Virus record (IMG/VR): IMGVR_UViG_3300010885_082162
Span: 8,039 to 72,038 of that record
Origin: a virus
Taxonomy: Duplodnaviria > Caudoviricetes
Strand: one strand, 5' to 3'
DNA length: 64,000 bases
Positions 8,984 through 19,262 of this stretch are shown here, piece after piece (the first letter of the stretch is position 1; every line of letters begins with the position of its first letter). Below the pieces are notes generated by a model. It was not told where the DNA came from. It saw nothing but the letters and a program-made list of their open reading frames with translations, and searched no databases. The translations under genes and the position numbers were made by a program.

Positions 8984-9927
8984 AGTTTTGTATCGTAGGA
9001 CCGGGAACAATGCCTATCCCACCAAAGGGTTGGGGTGCCGTAGAAATTCTTATCGACGACTATAGAAAGACGTTAATTGATTTAGGGCACCAAGTTGAGA
9101 TAGTAAACACTAGAAATCCTAATTTAATTGCTGGGTTAGTCAATGCATTAAACCCCGACTTTGTTCACGTTCAGTATGATGAACACGTTAATGTAATTCC
9201 CTACCTTGACTGCAAAAATGTTGCTATAACTAGTCATTATGGTTACTTAGAACAGTCGCATAGGTGGGACCCAGGTTACAGAAACATCTTCTGGGGATTT
9301 GTTAATACTACTGCGAAGATCTTCTGTTTGTCTCCTGGTATAAGAGATGTCTATTCTAAAGCCGGTATACCGGATGAAAGACTTTTTGTAGTACCGAATG
9401 GAGTGAGAACAGATTTATTTAAGTTTGAAAAAGAGTGTAAGTATCCGGACAGAACACTCTATCTTGCAAAAGTCGACCCGCGCAAACGACAAGCAAAACT
9501 TCAAAATATAGACGGTTTGTACTTTGCAGGAAACTGTGTAGATAATGAATTTAATACAAATAGTCCAAGATATCTCGGAGAGTGGAACAAAGATAAGCTG
9601 TACAATAATCTAACAGAGTATGCAAACTTAGCTCTATTGTCAGATGGTGAAGCACATCCGCTCGTCTGTCTTGAAGCAATGTCAGCAGGTCTAGGTCTTG
9701 TTCTATCGGAATGTGCGACTGCAAATCTTGACCTTAATAAATCATTTGTCGACGTAATTCCCGAAGCAAAGATTGGAGATATCGAGTTTATTTCCAACGC
9801 CTTAGAAGCGAATAGAAAGAAGTCTGTGACTCAAAGAGGCAAGATTAGAGAGTATGCAAAAGAGTTTGACTGGAAAAACATTATAACTAAGAATTATCTT
9901 GCATCAGTGCAAAGGATATTAACATGA
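8980..9927 (+). CDS. GT4-like (GT-B) glycosyltransferase
   Basis: WGAVEIL, VVPNGV, EAHPLVCLEAMSAGL. Confidence 0.85.
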   Translation: MKFCIVGPGTMPIPPKGWGAVEILIDDYRKTLIDLGHQVEIVNTRNPNLIAGLVNALNPDFVHVQYDEHVNVIPYLDCKNVAITSHYGYLEQSHRWDPGYRNIFWGFVNTTAKIFCLSPGIRDVYSKAGIPDERLFVVPNGVRTDLFKFEKECKYPDRTLYLAKVDPRKRQAKLQNIDGLYFAGNCVDNEFNTNSPRYLGEWNKDKLYNNLTEYANLALLSDGEAHPLVCLEAMSAGLGLVLSECATANLDLNKSFVDVIPEAKIGDIEFISNALEANRKKSVTQRGKIREYAKEFDWKNIITKNYLASVQRILT

Positions 9928-10739
9928 ATGCAACTGTAGTAACTGCGCTATACGACATTGGAAGAGAGAAAATTGATGGAAGAGGGATGAATCAATACTA
10001 CGATTGGTTTAAGAAAACTCTTCTTTTGCAATGCCCAATGGTAATTTATTGTGAAAGCAGTCATATAGATTTTATTCAAAAGAATAGACCGAATAATCTA
10101 CAAACAAAAATTGTAGTGCAAGAGCTTGTTGACATTCCATATTATCACTTGAAAAATAGAATGGATGAAGTTCTATTAAATGAAGACTATCAAAAAAAAG
10201 TCTCAGACCCTAATAGAATAGAATGTAAAACAAGTCTATATTCTATAATTCAATACTCAAAGTTTCCTTGGGTTCTTAATGCAGTCAGAGAGAACTATTT
10301 TAATAGTGATTACTTCTTCTGGCTGGATGCAGGAGCATCTCGATTTATCCCAGACTTGGATATATCTTCTCTAAAATTTCCGGGAGAAAATTTCATGAAC
10401 CAAGTTAAGATGCACACAGGAAAAATACTGTACCAGATGTACTTATTTCCATATACAGATCTCTCGCTTAAAAGCGAAGATATAACGCATGATTATCTTT
10501 ATGACAACAGATCTTATGTGTGGGGCGGCATGTTTGGCGTAGATGCATCGTCAATTGAAAAATTAGCTAGTCTTATTGACATCGTTCTAAAGCAAGAAAT
10601 GCTTGAAAAAAACCTTTTGAATAATGAACAAATTGCTATTGGATTCTTGTTAAAAGATCACAAAGATAAATTTCTAATTCTAAAAAATGATAATAGAATT
10701 CATAGAAATTTTGAGTTGATTTATCAATCATTTGTGTGA
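9924..10739 (+). CDS. HtrL/YibB (WlaTC) family protein, putative glycosyltransferase
   Basis: TVVTALYDIGRE, YSIIQYSKF, FFWLDAG, VWGGMFG, NNEQI pattern typical of the family. Confidence 0.7.
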   Translation: MNATVVTALYDIGREKIDGRGMNQYYDWFKKTLLLQCPMVIYCESSHIDFIQKNRPNNLQTKIVVQELVDIPYYHLKNRMDEVLLNEDYQKKVSDPNRIECKTSLYSIIQYSKFPWVLNAVRENYFNSDYFFWLDAGASRFIPDLDISSLKFPGENFMNQVKMHTGKILYQMYLFPYTDLSLKSEDITHDYLYDNRSYVWGGMFGVDASSIEKLASLIDIVLKQEMLEKNLLNNEQIAIGFLLKDHKDKFLILKNDNRIHRNFELIYQSFV

Positions 10740-10761
10740 ACGAAGCACTGTAGAAACTAAT

Positions 10762-11118
10762 ATGAAAATTTTAAGAATTTGTTTTGATATTGATAAAACT
10801 CTTGTTACATTCCCAGATGTTGAGGGAGATTATTCTACTGTTAAACCAATCCATAAGAATATTGAATTTGTAAGACTGGTAAAATCTTTGGGACACACAG
10901 TTATTCTTTATACTGCGAGAAAAATGGGAACTTATTCAGGTAACTCTGGTCGTGCACTAGCTGAAATTGGTAAAATAACTTTTGAAACTTTAGAAAAATT
11001 TAATATACCTTATGACGAAATTTATTTCGGTAAACCTAGCGCAGATTTTTACATTGATGATAAAGCAGTGTATGCTTTTGACAACCTTGAACATGCAACA
11101 GGTATTAAAAATAATTAA
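10762..11118 (+). CDS. HAD-family capsule-biosynthesis-type phosphatase
   Basis: Likely start MKILRICFDIDKTL (DxD), ILYTAR, IPYDEIYFGKPSADFYIDDKA. Confidence 0.85.
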   Translation: MKILRICFDIDKTLVTFPDVEGDYSTVKPIHKNIEFVRLVKSLGHTVILYTARKMGTYSGNSGRALAEIGKITFETLEKFNIPYDEIYFGKPSADFYIDDKAVYAFDNLEHATGIKNN

Positions 11119-11145
11119 TAATTTAATAAGGAAAATGGAAAATGT

Positions 11146-11823
11146 ATGAACTATAAGAGAGATAAAAATTTCCCTATTTCTTGGACAGAGTGGGACGAAT
11201 GTCAAAAATATGAGTTAGACTCGTGGAGTTACAACTTAAATAACCCAGAGCTTTTTTTAGGAATTGAGAACCATATCTTTATCGGTGGATTTATGGGTCT
11301 TGAGTTTGAAGATAACAAAGTATCAAATGCAAGAGGTAAAAGAATTATTGAGTATGGAGCCGGTGTTGTTGGCTATACTGTTAGATCAGATAATTTAGGT
11401 CCATCATTTGCTGTTGAACCGCTTAATATGCCGCAGTGGGTGAAAGATAGATACGAGCAACATAACATAAAATTTATTCAAGCGCCGGGGGAGATTGTTA
11501 ATTTGGATTTTCTTGGCCTAACTGAAAAACTTGATGAGTCGTGGATGGCTGGTGTTTTACAACACGTCTTGGACCCAATTGCAATATTAGAAAATATGGC
11601 AAATACTGCTAATTTAGTGAGAATTAGTGAATGGGTTGATCTTCCTCCGCACGAAGGGCATCCATGGACTGTAACTGAAGATATGATTACTTCGACTCTA
11701 GACAAGCTTGGGTCTAGAATAAAAGTTGAAAAAGTTTTTGTTGACCAAATGTGTCACACTCAACTAAGGGGCTGGTTAGTAAATGTGATTTACGATACAT
11801 CGGCGTCAAATAAAAAACTTTGA
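11146..11823 (+). CDS. putative class I SAM-dependent methyltransferase
   Basis: IIEYGAG motif I, AVEP motif II, GVLQHVLDP. Confidence 0.6.
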   Translation: MNYKRDKNFPISWTEWDECQKYELDSWSYNLNNPELFLGIENHIFIGGFMGLEFEDNKVSNARGKRIIEYGAGVVGYTVRSDNLGPSFAVEPLNMPQWVKDRYEQHNIKFIQAPGEIVNLDFLGLTEKLDESWMAGVLQHVLDPIAILENMANTANLVRISEWVDLPPHEGHPWTVTEDMITSTLDKLGSRIKVEKVFVDQMCHTQLRGWLVNVIYDTSASNKKL

Positions 11824-11828
11824 TTTAA

Positions 11829-12845
11829 ATGACAATGAATTTAAAGTACACAAAAGTAATAGTTTGGGGATACCCACTTCATACACACACACAATCTTAC
11901 ACGCATGCAATGTGGCATAGAGTTTTTTCTCATTTAGGATTTAAGTCATATTGGTTTGATGACGAAAATTATCCTAAAGACTTTGACTACAGTAATTCTA
12001 TTTTTATCACAGAAGGGTGGGGCGATAAGAATATTCCTGTAAATGACTCTAGTATATATTTCGTTAATTTTGGTATTAATCCAAAAAAATACCTTGACCG
12101 AGGAGCAAAATTTGTCGACATTAGGCTGAACGTTGATCATATTAATGATTTAAACTATTCATATGAATTGGACAGAAACAAAACAGAAAAATTAGGAGAG
12201 TGCGCATTTTTTCTAAAGAATGCTAATGACTCTGCTATATCTGAGCAATTTAGAACAGGCGTTGAAAACTACAGCGCTGTTTATCTTTCTTGGGCAACTG
12301 ACAAGCTTCCTCATGAGTTTAACTTTGATGATAGGTTTATTAGTCGTGAAAATGGCTGCTTTTATATTGGATCAGTTGGAGAAAATAACGTTAATCAAAT
12401 AATGTTATTTAATAAAGCCCTTCAAGAGTTTGGAGTACCTCTTTATCATGTAGATCCATGGAAATCACCTGTATCTTTTGAAGATGCAATTAAATTAACA
12501 CAGAGGTCTTTTATAGCACCTGACATAAGAGGTAGTTTTTTAAGAAAGGATGTTAACGGAAAGCCTGATACAGGAGTTGATCATAAAAAAATTGGTTACA
12601 TACCTTGTAGAACTTTTAAAAATATTAGTTATGGGCAAGTTGGAGCAACTAACTCTAAAGCAGTTAAAGATTTATTTGGAGAATTGATTTTATACAGCGA
12701 TAATGAATATGAAATGGCTTACATAGCAAAAGAAAAATCAAAAGACTACGACTACATCTTAGAACAAATGAAATATGTTCAAGCTAATCATACATTTGTG
12801 AATAGAGCTGAAGCTTTACTTCAAGTCATAGAAAGGATTCAGTAG
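11829..12845 (+). CDS. putative GT-B glycosyltransferase (CgeB-like C-terminus)
   Basis: YIPCRTFKNISYG and NHTFVNRAEALL C-terminal pattern. Confidence 0.6.
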   Translation: MTMNLKYTKVIVWGYPLHTHTQSYTHAMWHRVFSHLGFKSYWFDDENYPKDFDYSNSIFITEGWGDKNIPVNDSSIYFVNFGINPKKYLDRGAKFVDIRLNVDHINDLNYSYELDRNKTEKLGECAFFLKNANDSAISEQFRTGVENYSAVYLSWATDKLPHEFNFDDRFISRENGCFYIGSVGENNVNQIMLFNKALQEFGVPLYHVDPWKSPVSFEDAIKLTQRSFIAPDIRGSFLRKDVNGKPDTGVDHKKIGYIPCRTFKNISYGQVGATNSKAVKDLFGELILYSDNEYEMAYIAKEKSKDYDYILEQMKYVQANHTFVNRAEALLQVIERIQ

Positions 12846-12849
12846 ATAT

Positions 12850-13611
12850 ATGACAGATTTAGGTATGTTCTTTACAGCCTACAAAGAAGGTAAAGCTGTA
12901 GATTTTTCTATAAGCACATTTTATGAGTTTTATCCTAATAGACCTGCATTTATCTACTCTGAAGGGGACGATTTTTCATACCTACAAGAGAAGTACAGCA
13001 GTCTAACATGTAAAGTTGTAGATGACGCCATGGCCAGCTGGCTTGTGAGAAATGTCAATTCTAACAATTTTAGACAAGTAGAAATTCAAAAAAAAATTAA
13101 AGACTATCTTGATATTGCAATTTCAAGGCACGTAGAAGCAACTATTAAGTGTAATACAGAATACATGTTATGCTCACAACCGGACGTTATGCTTCGTGGA
13201 AAATTAACTATCCCAAACAGTGTTTCTATGCTACAGTCTCACGTTAATCATTACGCGTCTAGGCCGGATGGAAGCTGTATTCAAAAATTTTTAAGTAAAA
13301 TACCAGGATCAGCAAATTTTGAATGGTGGGGATATCCACAAATTTTTTCTTCAAAATCTTTTCTTAAAGGTGTTGATGTTGTCTATAAAAATAAAGAACT
13401 ATTTCATGATCTTCTCATGACAGATGAAAGAGTACATCATAGCGATATTTGGCTACCAGTATTTTTAGCTGCTGCCGGATATCATTCTGTTCATAATCCA
13501 GAAGTCGTCGAATGTTTGCGCGATTCAAGTTGGAGAATTAGCAGTCACAAGCTTGTTCACCAGTTTAGAGACTATTATCCAAAATCTGGCTATGATGGAT
13601 TTCATGCATAG
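12850..13611 (+). CDS. putative GT-A fold glycosyltransferase
   Basis: YMLCSQPDVMLRG degenerate DXD-like site; glycan-cluster context. Confidence 0.4.
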   Translation: MTDLGMFFTAYKEGKAVDFSISTFYEFYPNRPAFIYSEGDDFSYLQEKYSSLTCKVVDDAMASWLVRNVNSNNFRQVEIQKKIKDYLDIAISRHVEATIKCNTEYMLCSQPDVMLRGKLTIPNSVSMLQSHVNHYASRPDGSCIQKFLSKIPGSANFEWWGYPQIFSSKSFLKGVDVVYKNKELFHDLLMTDERVHHSDIWLPVFLAAAGYHSVHNPEVVECLRDSSWRISSHKLVHQFRDYYPKSGYDGFHA

Positions 13612-14389
13612 CAGTCTATTAAAAAATGACTTAATAATTGGTGAAAGCTCTCAGATATCCAATTACATGTCCTCAGAACTAGTAAGAGTGTCTTCTAGAA
13701 ATATACCCAATCATATTTATCAGACTAATTGGGAAAGAGTTTACATCTGTTTTGCAGAACAAAGAACAGTAAATGCGCATGATATAGCTTTTAAAGAAGA
13801 GTTTAATAAAATTAATGTTGACTTAACGCTAGAAGTTGCAAAAAAAATTAATGCAAAAGAAATTGTATATTTTTCAACTGTAGAACTTTGGAGTAATTGT
13901 TCCGGAGCTATTAGCTTAAATACGGACTTTGACTTTGAAGAAAACTATTACACTATTTCAAAATACAAAGCTGCTAAAATTTTAAAAGAAATAGAAAATG
14001 TAATAATTTTATATCCTTTCAATTTTAATTCAAGATACAGAAGTTCTAATTTCTTAATGGGCAAGATTTTTCAGTCATTGCTTTGTAAAAAAAAGATAGA
14101 AGTTGGAAATCTAGACTGGAATAGAGATATTTTACACGCTAAATGGGTTGCTAGTCAGGCTGAAATTACAAAACAATCACAGATTATAGGGTCCGGTACC
14201 TATTTTAATGTCAGAGAGTATGCTAAAGATCTCTATAAAAAATTTAATATGAACTATGAAGAATATGTCTTTGAGTCTAGTCAAAGCTCTCAAAAAAAAT
14301 TAACGTATCTTAGCTCAGAAAAAATTCTTTATTCATACGATCAGCTTCTCTCTGATACATTACTAGACTTAAAGCAGGCTTATCTCTAA
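13604..14389 (+). CDS. atypical NAD-dependent epimerase/dehydratase (SDR)
   Basis: Likely start 13604 overlapping the upstream stop; YFSTVEL, YTISK (YxxxK), YPFNF, RDILH; glycine-rich motif eroded (IIGESSQIS). Confidence 0.65.
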   Translation: MHSSLLKNDLIIGESSQISNYMSSELVRVSSRNIPNHIYQTNWERVYICFAEQRTVNAHDIAFKEEFNKINVDLTLEVAKKINAKEIVYFSTVELWSNCSGAISLNTDFDFEENYYTISKYKAAKILKEIENVIILYPFNFNSRYRSSNFLMGKIFQSLLCKKKIEVGNLDWNRDILHAKWVASQAEITKQSQIIGSGTYFNVREYAKDLYKKFNMNYEEYVFESSQSSQKKLTYLSSEKILYSYDQLLSDTLLDLKQAYL

Positions 14390-14434
14390 ATCTCTAATAC
14401 ACTTTCTATCTAACTTATTATATTTGAGAAAAAC

Positions 14435-14836
14435 ATGAATAGAAGATATCTGCCTACGCTATCAGAGCTAATTGATAGACTCTCAATTCTTCAGCTAAAA
14501 GAAGTCTTTATTACTGAACATAAAAAAGAATATTCAGAAGAAATTAAAGACATTGTTCACGATATACAAGAATGTTTAAACGATACAAATACTGTTTTAT
14601 CTGCTGAAGATGTAAGAGCTATTGTTGTACTTTCACAAATGAATCTTCACATATGGCATAATGAGTCAAACTATAGAAAAGGCATTAAAGACGGTAATGA
14701 TCTAGCGCTTACTCATGGCCTTAATGGAATACGAAATACAGCCAAGAATAAGATTCAAGAGTCAGCAGCCGGAAGAAAAGATTATAAAATTGACTGTTTA
14801 GCAGCAGACTTTAAAGATTGGGAGGTAAGCTGGTGA
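14435..14836 (+). CDS. hypothetical protein (helical, 133 aa)
   Basis: TLSELIDRLSILQLK...NLHIWHNE...NGIRN pattern; no function assignable. Confidence 0.7.
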   Translation: MNRRYLPTLSELIDRLSILQLKEVFITEHKKEYSEEIKDIVHDIQECLNDTNTVLSAEDVRAIVVLSQMNLHIWHNESNYRKGIKDGNDLALTHGLNGIRNTAKNKIQESAAGRKDYKIDCLAADFKDWEVSW

Positions 14837-15480
14837 TTATTACATTAAAAGATAAGATTTTAGAAAGACTAAACTTTTACTCCGATAGATTTTATCAAGA
14901 AGGATCTTGTGGAGCTAGACCGAATGGATGTCATTCTATAGAATGCGCTAATAGAAAAAGGCATTATACTGACAAAAATCTATACCACTCATATGGTGAA
15001 TTTTATGCAAGCCTAATAGCAAATTTACTTGGAAGTCAAAAAGAAGAAGACTTTTCAATAATGGAATTAGGAACATATTTTGGCGGATCAATTGCTGCGT
15101 GGTGCGAATCATTACCACAAGCTTTTGTTTGCGGTATTGATCAAAATCTAGATAGATTATGGATCGATCCAAACAACTATCCTAACTTAAAACTAATTTC
15201 AGGCAATCATGAAAATCTACTAACATATGAGTCACTAGGAAGTAGAAAATTTGATCTTATAATCGACGATGGCTCACACATAGCCGATAATCAAATTAGT
15301 AACTTTTCTATACTCAAGAGCAAACTAAAACCAGACGGTGTCTATATTATTGAAGACATTTATCCTGAAAACGTCTATCCTGAAAATTTTTTAAATCAAT
15401 TTGAGCGAGTTGATTTCTCTAAAGACTCTGGTAGGGGAGACGATACACTGCTTGTTTACAAACACACTGAGAAAAAATGA
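14833..15480 (+). CDS. class I SAM-dependent (sugar O-)methyltransferase
   Basis: GTG start 7 nt after GGAGG; MELGTYFGGS, GIDQ, FDLIIDDGSH, LKPDGVYIIEDI. Confidence 0.8.
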   Translation: MIITLKDKILERLNFYSDRFYQEGSCGARPNGCHSIECANRKRHYTDKNLYHSYGEFYASLIANLLGSQKEEDFSIMELGTYFGGSIAAWCESLPQAFVCGIDQNLDRLWIDPNNYPNLKLISGNHENLLTYESLGSRKFDLIIDDGSHIADNQISNFSILKSKLKPDGVYIIEDIYPENVYPENFLNQFERVDFSKDSGRGDDTLLVYKHTEKK

Positions 15481-16004
15481 ATAAAAGAGCATTAATATTA
15501 ACATATGAAAGTTACCAAGACCATGAGGTCATCTATCCATACTATCGACTAACAGAAGATGAGTATGATGTTGAAATTATGTCTAACAAACAGGGAAGAT
15601 TTTATGGCATATTAGGAACATATATGAACGGAACTCATCTACTAAGTGATCTGTCTGATGCAAGCAAAAGAGAAAACTTTTTTAAGTATGACTTACTTGT
15701 AATTCCGGGCGGAGTCAAAGCGCTAGAGTATCTTAGGCAAGAAAAAGATGTTCTCGACTTTATTAATGAGTGGGATAAGAGAAAAAAAGTCATAGCTTGT
15801 ATTTGTCATGGCGCTCAACTTTTAATTTCTTCAAAAGTTGTTGAGGGAAGACAGATCTCTGGGTACTATAGTATTAAGGATGATATTAACAACGCAGGCG
15901 CAATATATGTTGATGCGCCCTTTGTTGTCTCTGACAATATTGTCACATCTCCGCATTATAAGCACATGGGTCCTTGGATGAAAAAAGCGATCAGCATGGT
16001 GTGA
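15477..16004 (+). CDS. DJ-1/PfpI family protein
   Basis: QDHEVIYP (Glu), LVIPGG, ICHGAQLL (nucleophilic Cys), NIVTSP. Confidence 0.9.
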   Translation: MNKRALILTYESYQDHEVIYPYYRLTEDEYDVEIMSNKQGRFYGILGTYMNGTHLLSDLSDASKRENFFKYDLLVIPGGVKALEYLRQEKDVLDFINEWDKRKKVIACICHGAQLLISSKVVEGRQISGYYSIKDDINNAGAIYVDAPFVVSDNIVTSPHYKHMGPWMKKAISMV

Positions 16005-16005
16005 T

Positions 16006-16680
16006 ATGAGTTATAAGACGAATATTGTTAAGAAACCATGGGGCTATGAATATCTAGCATATGAAAATGAAAATGTAGCTTTGTGGTTTCTTAGTATTTT
16101 AAGGGACCAAAAAACTTCAATGCACTGTCACCCAAATAAAACTACGGGCCTGATGGTAATTGATGGAGATGCAGAAGTTTCTTTCTTATCTAATAAGTTA
16201 AGTCTATCTACAAAAGAAAAGACAATGATAAGAAAAGGACTTTTTCATTCTACACATGCAATTGGTTCTAATTTATGCATATTTGAAATTGAAACACCTG
16301 TCAACAAGCACGACCTTGTTAGACTTGAAGACAAATATGGAAGAACAGGTCAACCTTATGAAGATGAATCAAATGAATTACCAAAAGCAAGTGAATGTAT
16401 TTGGATTGACGAACCAGTTAAAGGATTGAGTAATTTCTATAATCTTGGTGGAAAAAAAATAGCTGTTCATCACATTGATAGCATGCAACATATGCAAAGT
16501 CTATTAGCACAAACTAACTCACACATTATGTTTTTAAGAGGAGGTCTCTTAACAGCATATGACATTAATGTTGCAGGTCCCGGTGATATTGTGACCAAAG
16601 ACGTCTTAGAAAAATTGTTAAAAGTTTTTTCTAATATGTCTAATAACACGATTGTTTTAACCCATGAAGGTAACTTTTAA
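16006..16680 (+). CDS. cupin-domain protein (sugar isomerase-like)
   Basis: KKPWGYE, TSMHCHP, FHST, DLVRLEDKYGR. Confidence 0.75.
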   Translation: MSYKTNIVKKPWGYEYLAYENENVALWFLSILRDQKTSMHCHPNKTTGLMVIDGDAEVSFLSNKLSLSTKEKTMIRKGLFHSTHAIGSNLCIFEIETPVNKHDLVRLEDKYGRTGQPYEDESNELPKASECIWIDEPVKGLSNFYNLGGKKIAVHHIDSMQHMQSLLAQTNSHIMFLRGGLLTAYDINVAGPGDIVTKDVLEKLLKVFSNMSNNTIVLTHEGNF

Positions 16681-16682
16681 TT

Positions 16683-17069
16683 ATGAAAGATTTCCCACCA
16701 GGATTTGAAAATGAGTCAAACAATATTGCAATTGACTTTGATGGTGTAATACACGATTTTAGTAAAGGTTTTTATGATGGAACATGCTATGGAGAACCCT
16801 TACCTGGATCAATTGAGTCAATCAAGAAACTATCTAAAAAGTTTAATATTGTTATCTTTACCGCAAAAGCTAAACCAAGTAGGCCTCTTATTCAAGGAAA
16901 AACAGGAAAAGAGCATGTAGAAGACTGGCTTAAAAAGCATGAAATATTTTCTCTAGTAAAAGAAGTAACATCTGAAAAACCAAGAGCTTTTCTGTACATT
17001 GATGATAAAGGTTATAGATTTAGCAACTGGGATGATGCCTTGCTTTTTATAGAAAAAAATTATGAGTGA
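16683..17069 (+). CDS. HAD-family phosphatase
   Basis: AIDFDGVIH, IFTA, EKP, YIDD. Confidence 0.85.
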   Translation: MKDFPPGFENESNNIAIDFDGVIHDFSKGFYDGTCYGEPLPGSIESIKKLSKKFNIVIFTAKAKPSRPLIQGKTGKEHVEDWLKKHEIFSLVKEVTSEKPRAFLYIDDKGYRFSNWDDALLFIEKNYE

Positions 17070-17895
17070 ATACAGTCTAAATGTATTTAAGCGAGCTTCG
17101 CTTTGCAGAAATTTTGAGAAAAAAGTTTTTGATCTTATAAAACTCAATACTTTTAAATTTCCAATTTATCTGTCTGCAGGCCAAGAATATATTGCAGCTT
17201 CAATTGCTGAATGTTTATCTTTGGCAAAGATTAATCCTAATATCTTTATTCAACACAGAGGACATTCAACTTATCTATCTTTTGAAGCGCCCATAGAAGA
17301 ATTAATTGATGAACTTTTAGGAAGAAAAACAGGTTGTTCAAATGGCATGGGTGGATCTGCTTCAATTCAGTCTAGACTTAAAAATATTTATGGTCACGAT
17401 GGTCTGATGGGAAGTCAAGTCCCAATCGCAGTTGGGCACTGTTATTCAACAAAAAAACCTACTATAGTTTTTATGGGTGATGCCTCTGCAGAAGAAGACT
17501 ATGTTTTAGGTGCACTTGGCTGGGCGGCTACTAAAAAACTACCAATATTATTTGTTGTTGAGGATAACAATCTTTCAATTCTCACAGAGAAAAAAGTTAG
17601 AAGAAGTTGGGAGATGGATGATGTTGCTAAATCTTTTGGAATGAATGCGTTTAATATAAATGATGATCCGCACGAGATTCAAGAAGCTTTGACATCTGTG
17701 TTTGCTAGCCCGTTGCTTATAAACGTCAATACGCATAGAAAATATTGGCATGCTGGTGCAGGTATTGATGACGAAACTATCTATGACCGCTATGAAAATG
17801 AAATGAAGACATTAGGCATCAAGGCACAAGAAATACATGAAAAAACACGTCTACATGTAGAGGAATTATGGCAAAGAACGTTAGAGAAACAATAA
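17062..17895 (+). CDS. ThDP-dependent dehydrogenase E1 alpha-like subunit
   Basis: YLSAGQE, HRGHSTY, GMGGSAS, MGDAS...VVEDNN (ThDP/Mg motif). Confidence 0.88.
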   Translation: MSEYSLNVFKRASLCRNFEKKVFDLIKLNTFKFPIYLSAGQEYIAASIAECLSLAKINPNIFIQHRGHSTYLSFEAPIEELIDELLGRKTGCSNGMGGSASIQSRLKNIYGHDGLMGSQVPIAVGHCYSTKKPTIVFMGDASAEEDYVLGALGWAATKKLPILFVVEDNNLSILTEKKVRRSWEMDDVAKSFGMNAFNINDDPHEIQEALTSVFASPLLINVNTHRKYWHAGAGIDDETIYDRYENEMKTLGIKAQEIHEKTRLHVEELWQRTLEKQ

Positions 17896-18779
17896 AGTCT
17901 CTTACTAAGAAACATCTAGAAAGCGGAAAAAGATGTTTTGGGCAGTGTCTAACAGCTGTTGGATGGGTTGGCGGAACACTACCAGAGCTATATGAAGAAG
18001 ACGGAATGGTTGAACTTTCGATGGCCGATGTCTCAGGAGGTTCTATTGTTACAGGAATTGCGCTTGCAGGTGAAAGACCAATTTACGTTGTTAGATATCA
18101 GGGTTTTCAATGGTATAACGCACCGTCAATTGTTAACTATGCTGCCAAGTCAAAAGAAATATGGGGAATACCCTGCCCTATCTTTGTCAGGAGTATTGCG
18201 ATGGAAGGTGGCGTAGGACCAGTTGCTGGCTCTTCACATCATTCACTATATGATAGAATGCCAGGTTTAAAAATTGCTGCACCCATGACCCCACTTGAGT
18301 ATGAAAAAGTTTATGACTCTTTCATGAAAGATGACGTACCATATTACGTTTCAGAGCATAAAAAAAGTTATGATAATTGTGAAGAACTCGAAGATGAAAT
18401 ACATGAAAATTCCGACATAGTATTATTTCCAATATCAATTACAAGATTTTCAGCAAAAGATGCAAAACTAAAATTAGAAGAGCTAGGATACACTGTAAGT
18501 ATCGTTCATCAATTATGGATAAAACCTTTTACTGGGAAGCAAAAATCGGTAGATGCATTAAAAAACTCAAAAGCAGGTTTAGTAATTGATGATGACTACG
18601 CTCAAGGAGTTGCTACAAATATCGCTCATCAGCTTATGTTATCATCTAAAAAAACAGTTGATGTTTTAGGCTTAGAAGAAAGAACAGCGGGTTTTCATCC
18701 AAGCGTTGACTTATTTCCACCAAGCTCTGAAAACATAATCAATAAATGTCTAGAGTTACTATCAACTAAATTAACATGA
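17868..18779 (+). CDS. ThDP-dependent dehydrogenase E1 beta / transketolase C-terminal-like subunit
   Basis: GIALAGERPI, IVNYAAK, MPGLKIAAPMTP; RBS gagga; no E2/E3 nearby. Confidence 0.88.
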   Translation: MAKNVRETIKSLTKKHLESGKRCFGQCLTAVGWVGGTLPELYEEDGMVELSMADVSGGSIVTGIALAGERPIYVVRYQGFQWYNAPSIVNYAAKSKEIWGIPCPIFVRSIAMEGGVGPVAGSSHHSLYDRMPGLKIAAPMTPLEYEKVYDSFMKDDVPYYVSEHKKSYDNCEELEDEIHENSDIVLFPISITRFSAKDAKLKLEELGYTVSIVHQLWIKPFTGKQKSVDALKNSKAGLVIDDDYAQGVATNIAHQLMLSSKKTVDVLGLEERTAGFHPSVDLFPPSSENIINKCLELLSTKLT

Positions 18780-19258
18780 TATTTTCTGATGTCAAAGAGT
18801 ATGAAGCAAGTTATTACAGTGACTACAGAGGAGACTTGTGGACACTGTGGAAAGAGGATGAAACATATCCATCTATTAAATTTAATCATGACAAAGTTTC
18901 AACATCAAGAAAGAATGTGTTAAGAGGCATTCACGGTGATTTTAAGTCAACTAAATTGGTAACATGTTTGTTTGGAGAAATTTATTTTGTAGTTGTTGAT
19001 AACCGTCCAGACTCACCTACATTTAAAAAGTGGGATTGGACTATGCTAAGTGATAAGAACAAGAAATCTATACTACTTCCACCTGGTTTCGGCAATGGAT
19101 TTCTTGCAATGAGTAAACATTCTGTATTCCACTATAAATGGTCTTATGAGGGATCGTATCCTGATGTTGATGAGCAATTTACTATTAAATGGAATGATTC
19201 TACTATCGGAATTGACTGGCCGATTTTAAATCCAATTTTACAAAAAAGAGACAAGTGA
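18776..19258 (+). CDS. RmlC-family NDP-4-keto-6-deoxy sugar 3(,5)-epimerase, resembling Campylobacter MlghB/DdahB heptose epimerases
   Basis: RGDLWT, KFNHDK, NVLRGIHGD, KLVTC, VVVDNRPDSPT, QFTIKWND..IGIDWP...PIL..RD. Confidence 0.85.
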   Translation: MIFSDVKEYEASYYSDYRGDLWTLWKEDETYPSIKFNHDKVSTSRKNVLRGIHGDFKSTKLVTCLFGEIYFVVVDNRPDSPTFKKWDWTMLSDKNKKSILLPPGFGNGFLAMSKHSVFHYKWSYEGSYPDVDEQFTIKWNDSTIGIDWPILNPILQKRDK

Positions 19259-19262
19259 CATT

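Noticed and set aside
13088-14094. Poly-A tracts as phase-variation switches in glycan genes
   Set aside because: A8-A9 runs are expected in this AT-rich, Lys-rich sequence; frames are intact and there are no poly-G/C tracts.
17062-18779. Pyruvate dehydrogenase as a central-metabolism auxiliary gene
   Set aside because: No E2/E3 or lipoyl domain; the pair is embedded among NDP-sugar enzymes, so a biosynthetic role fits better.
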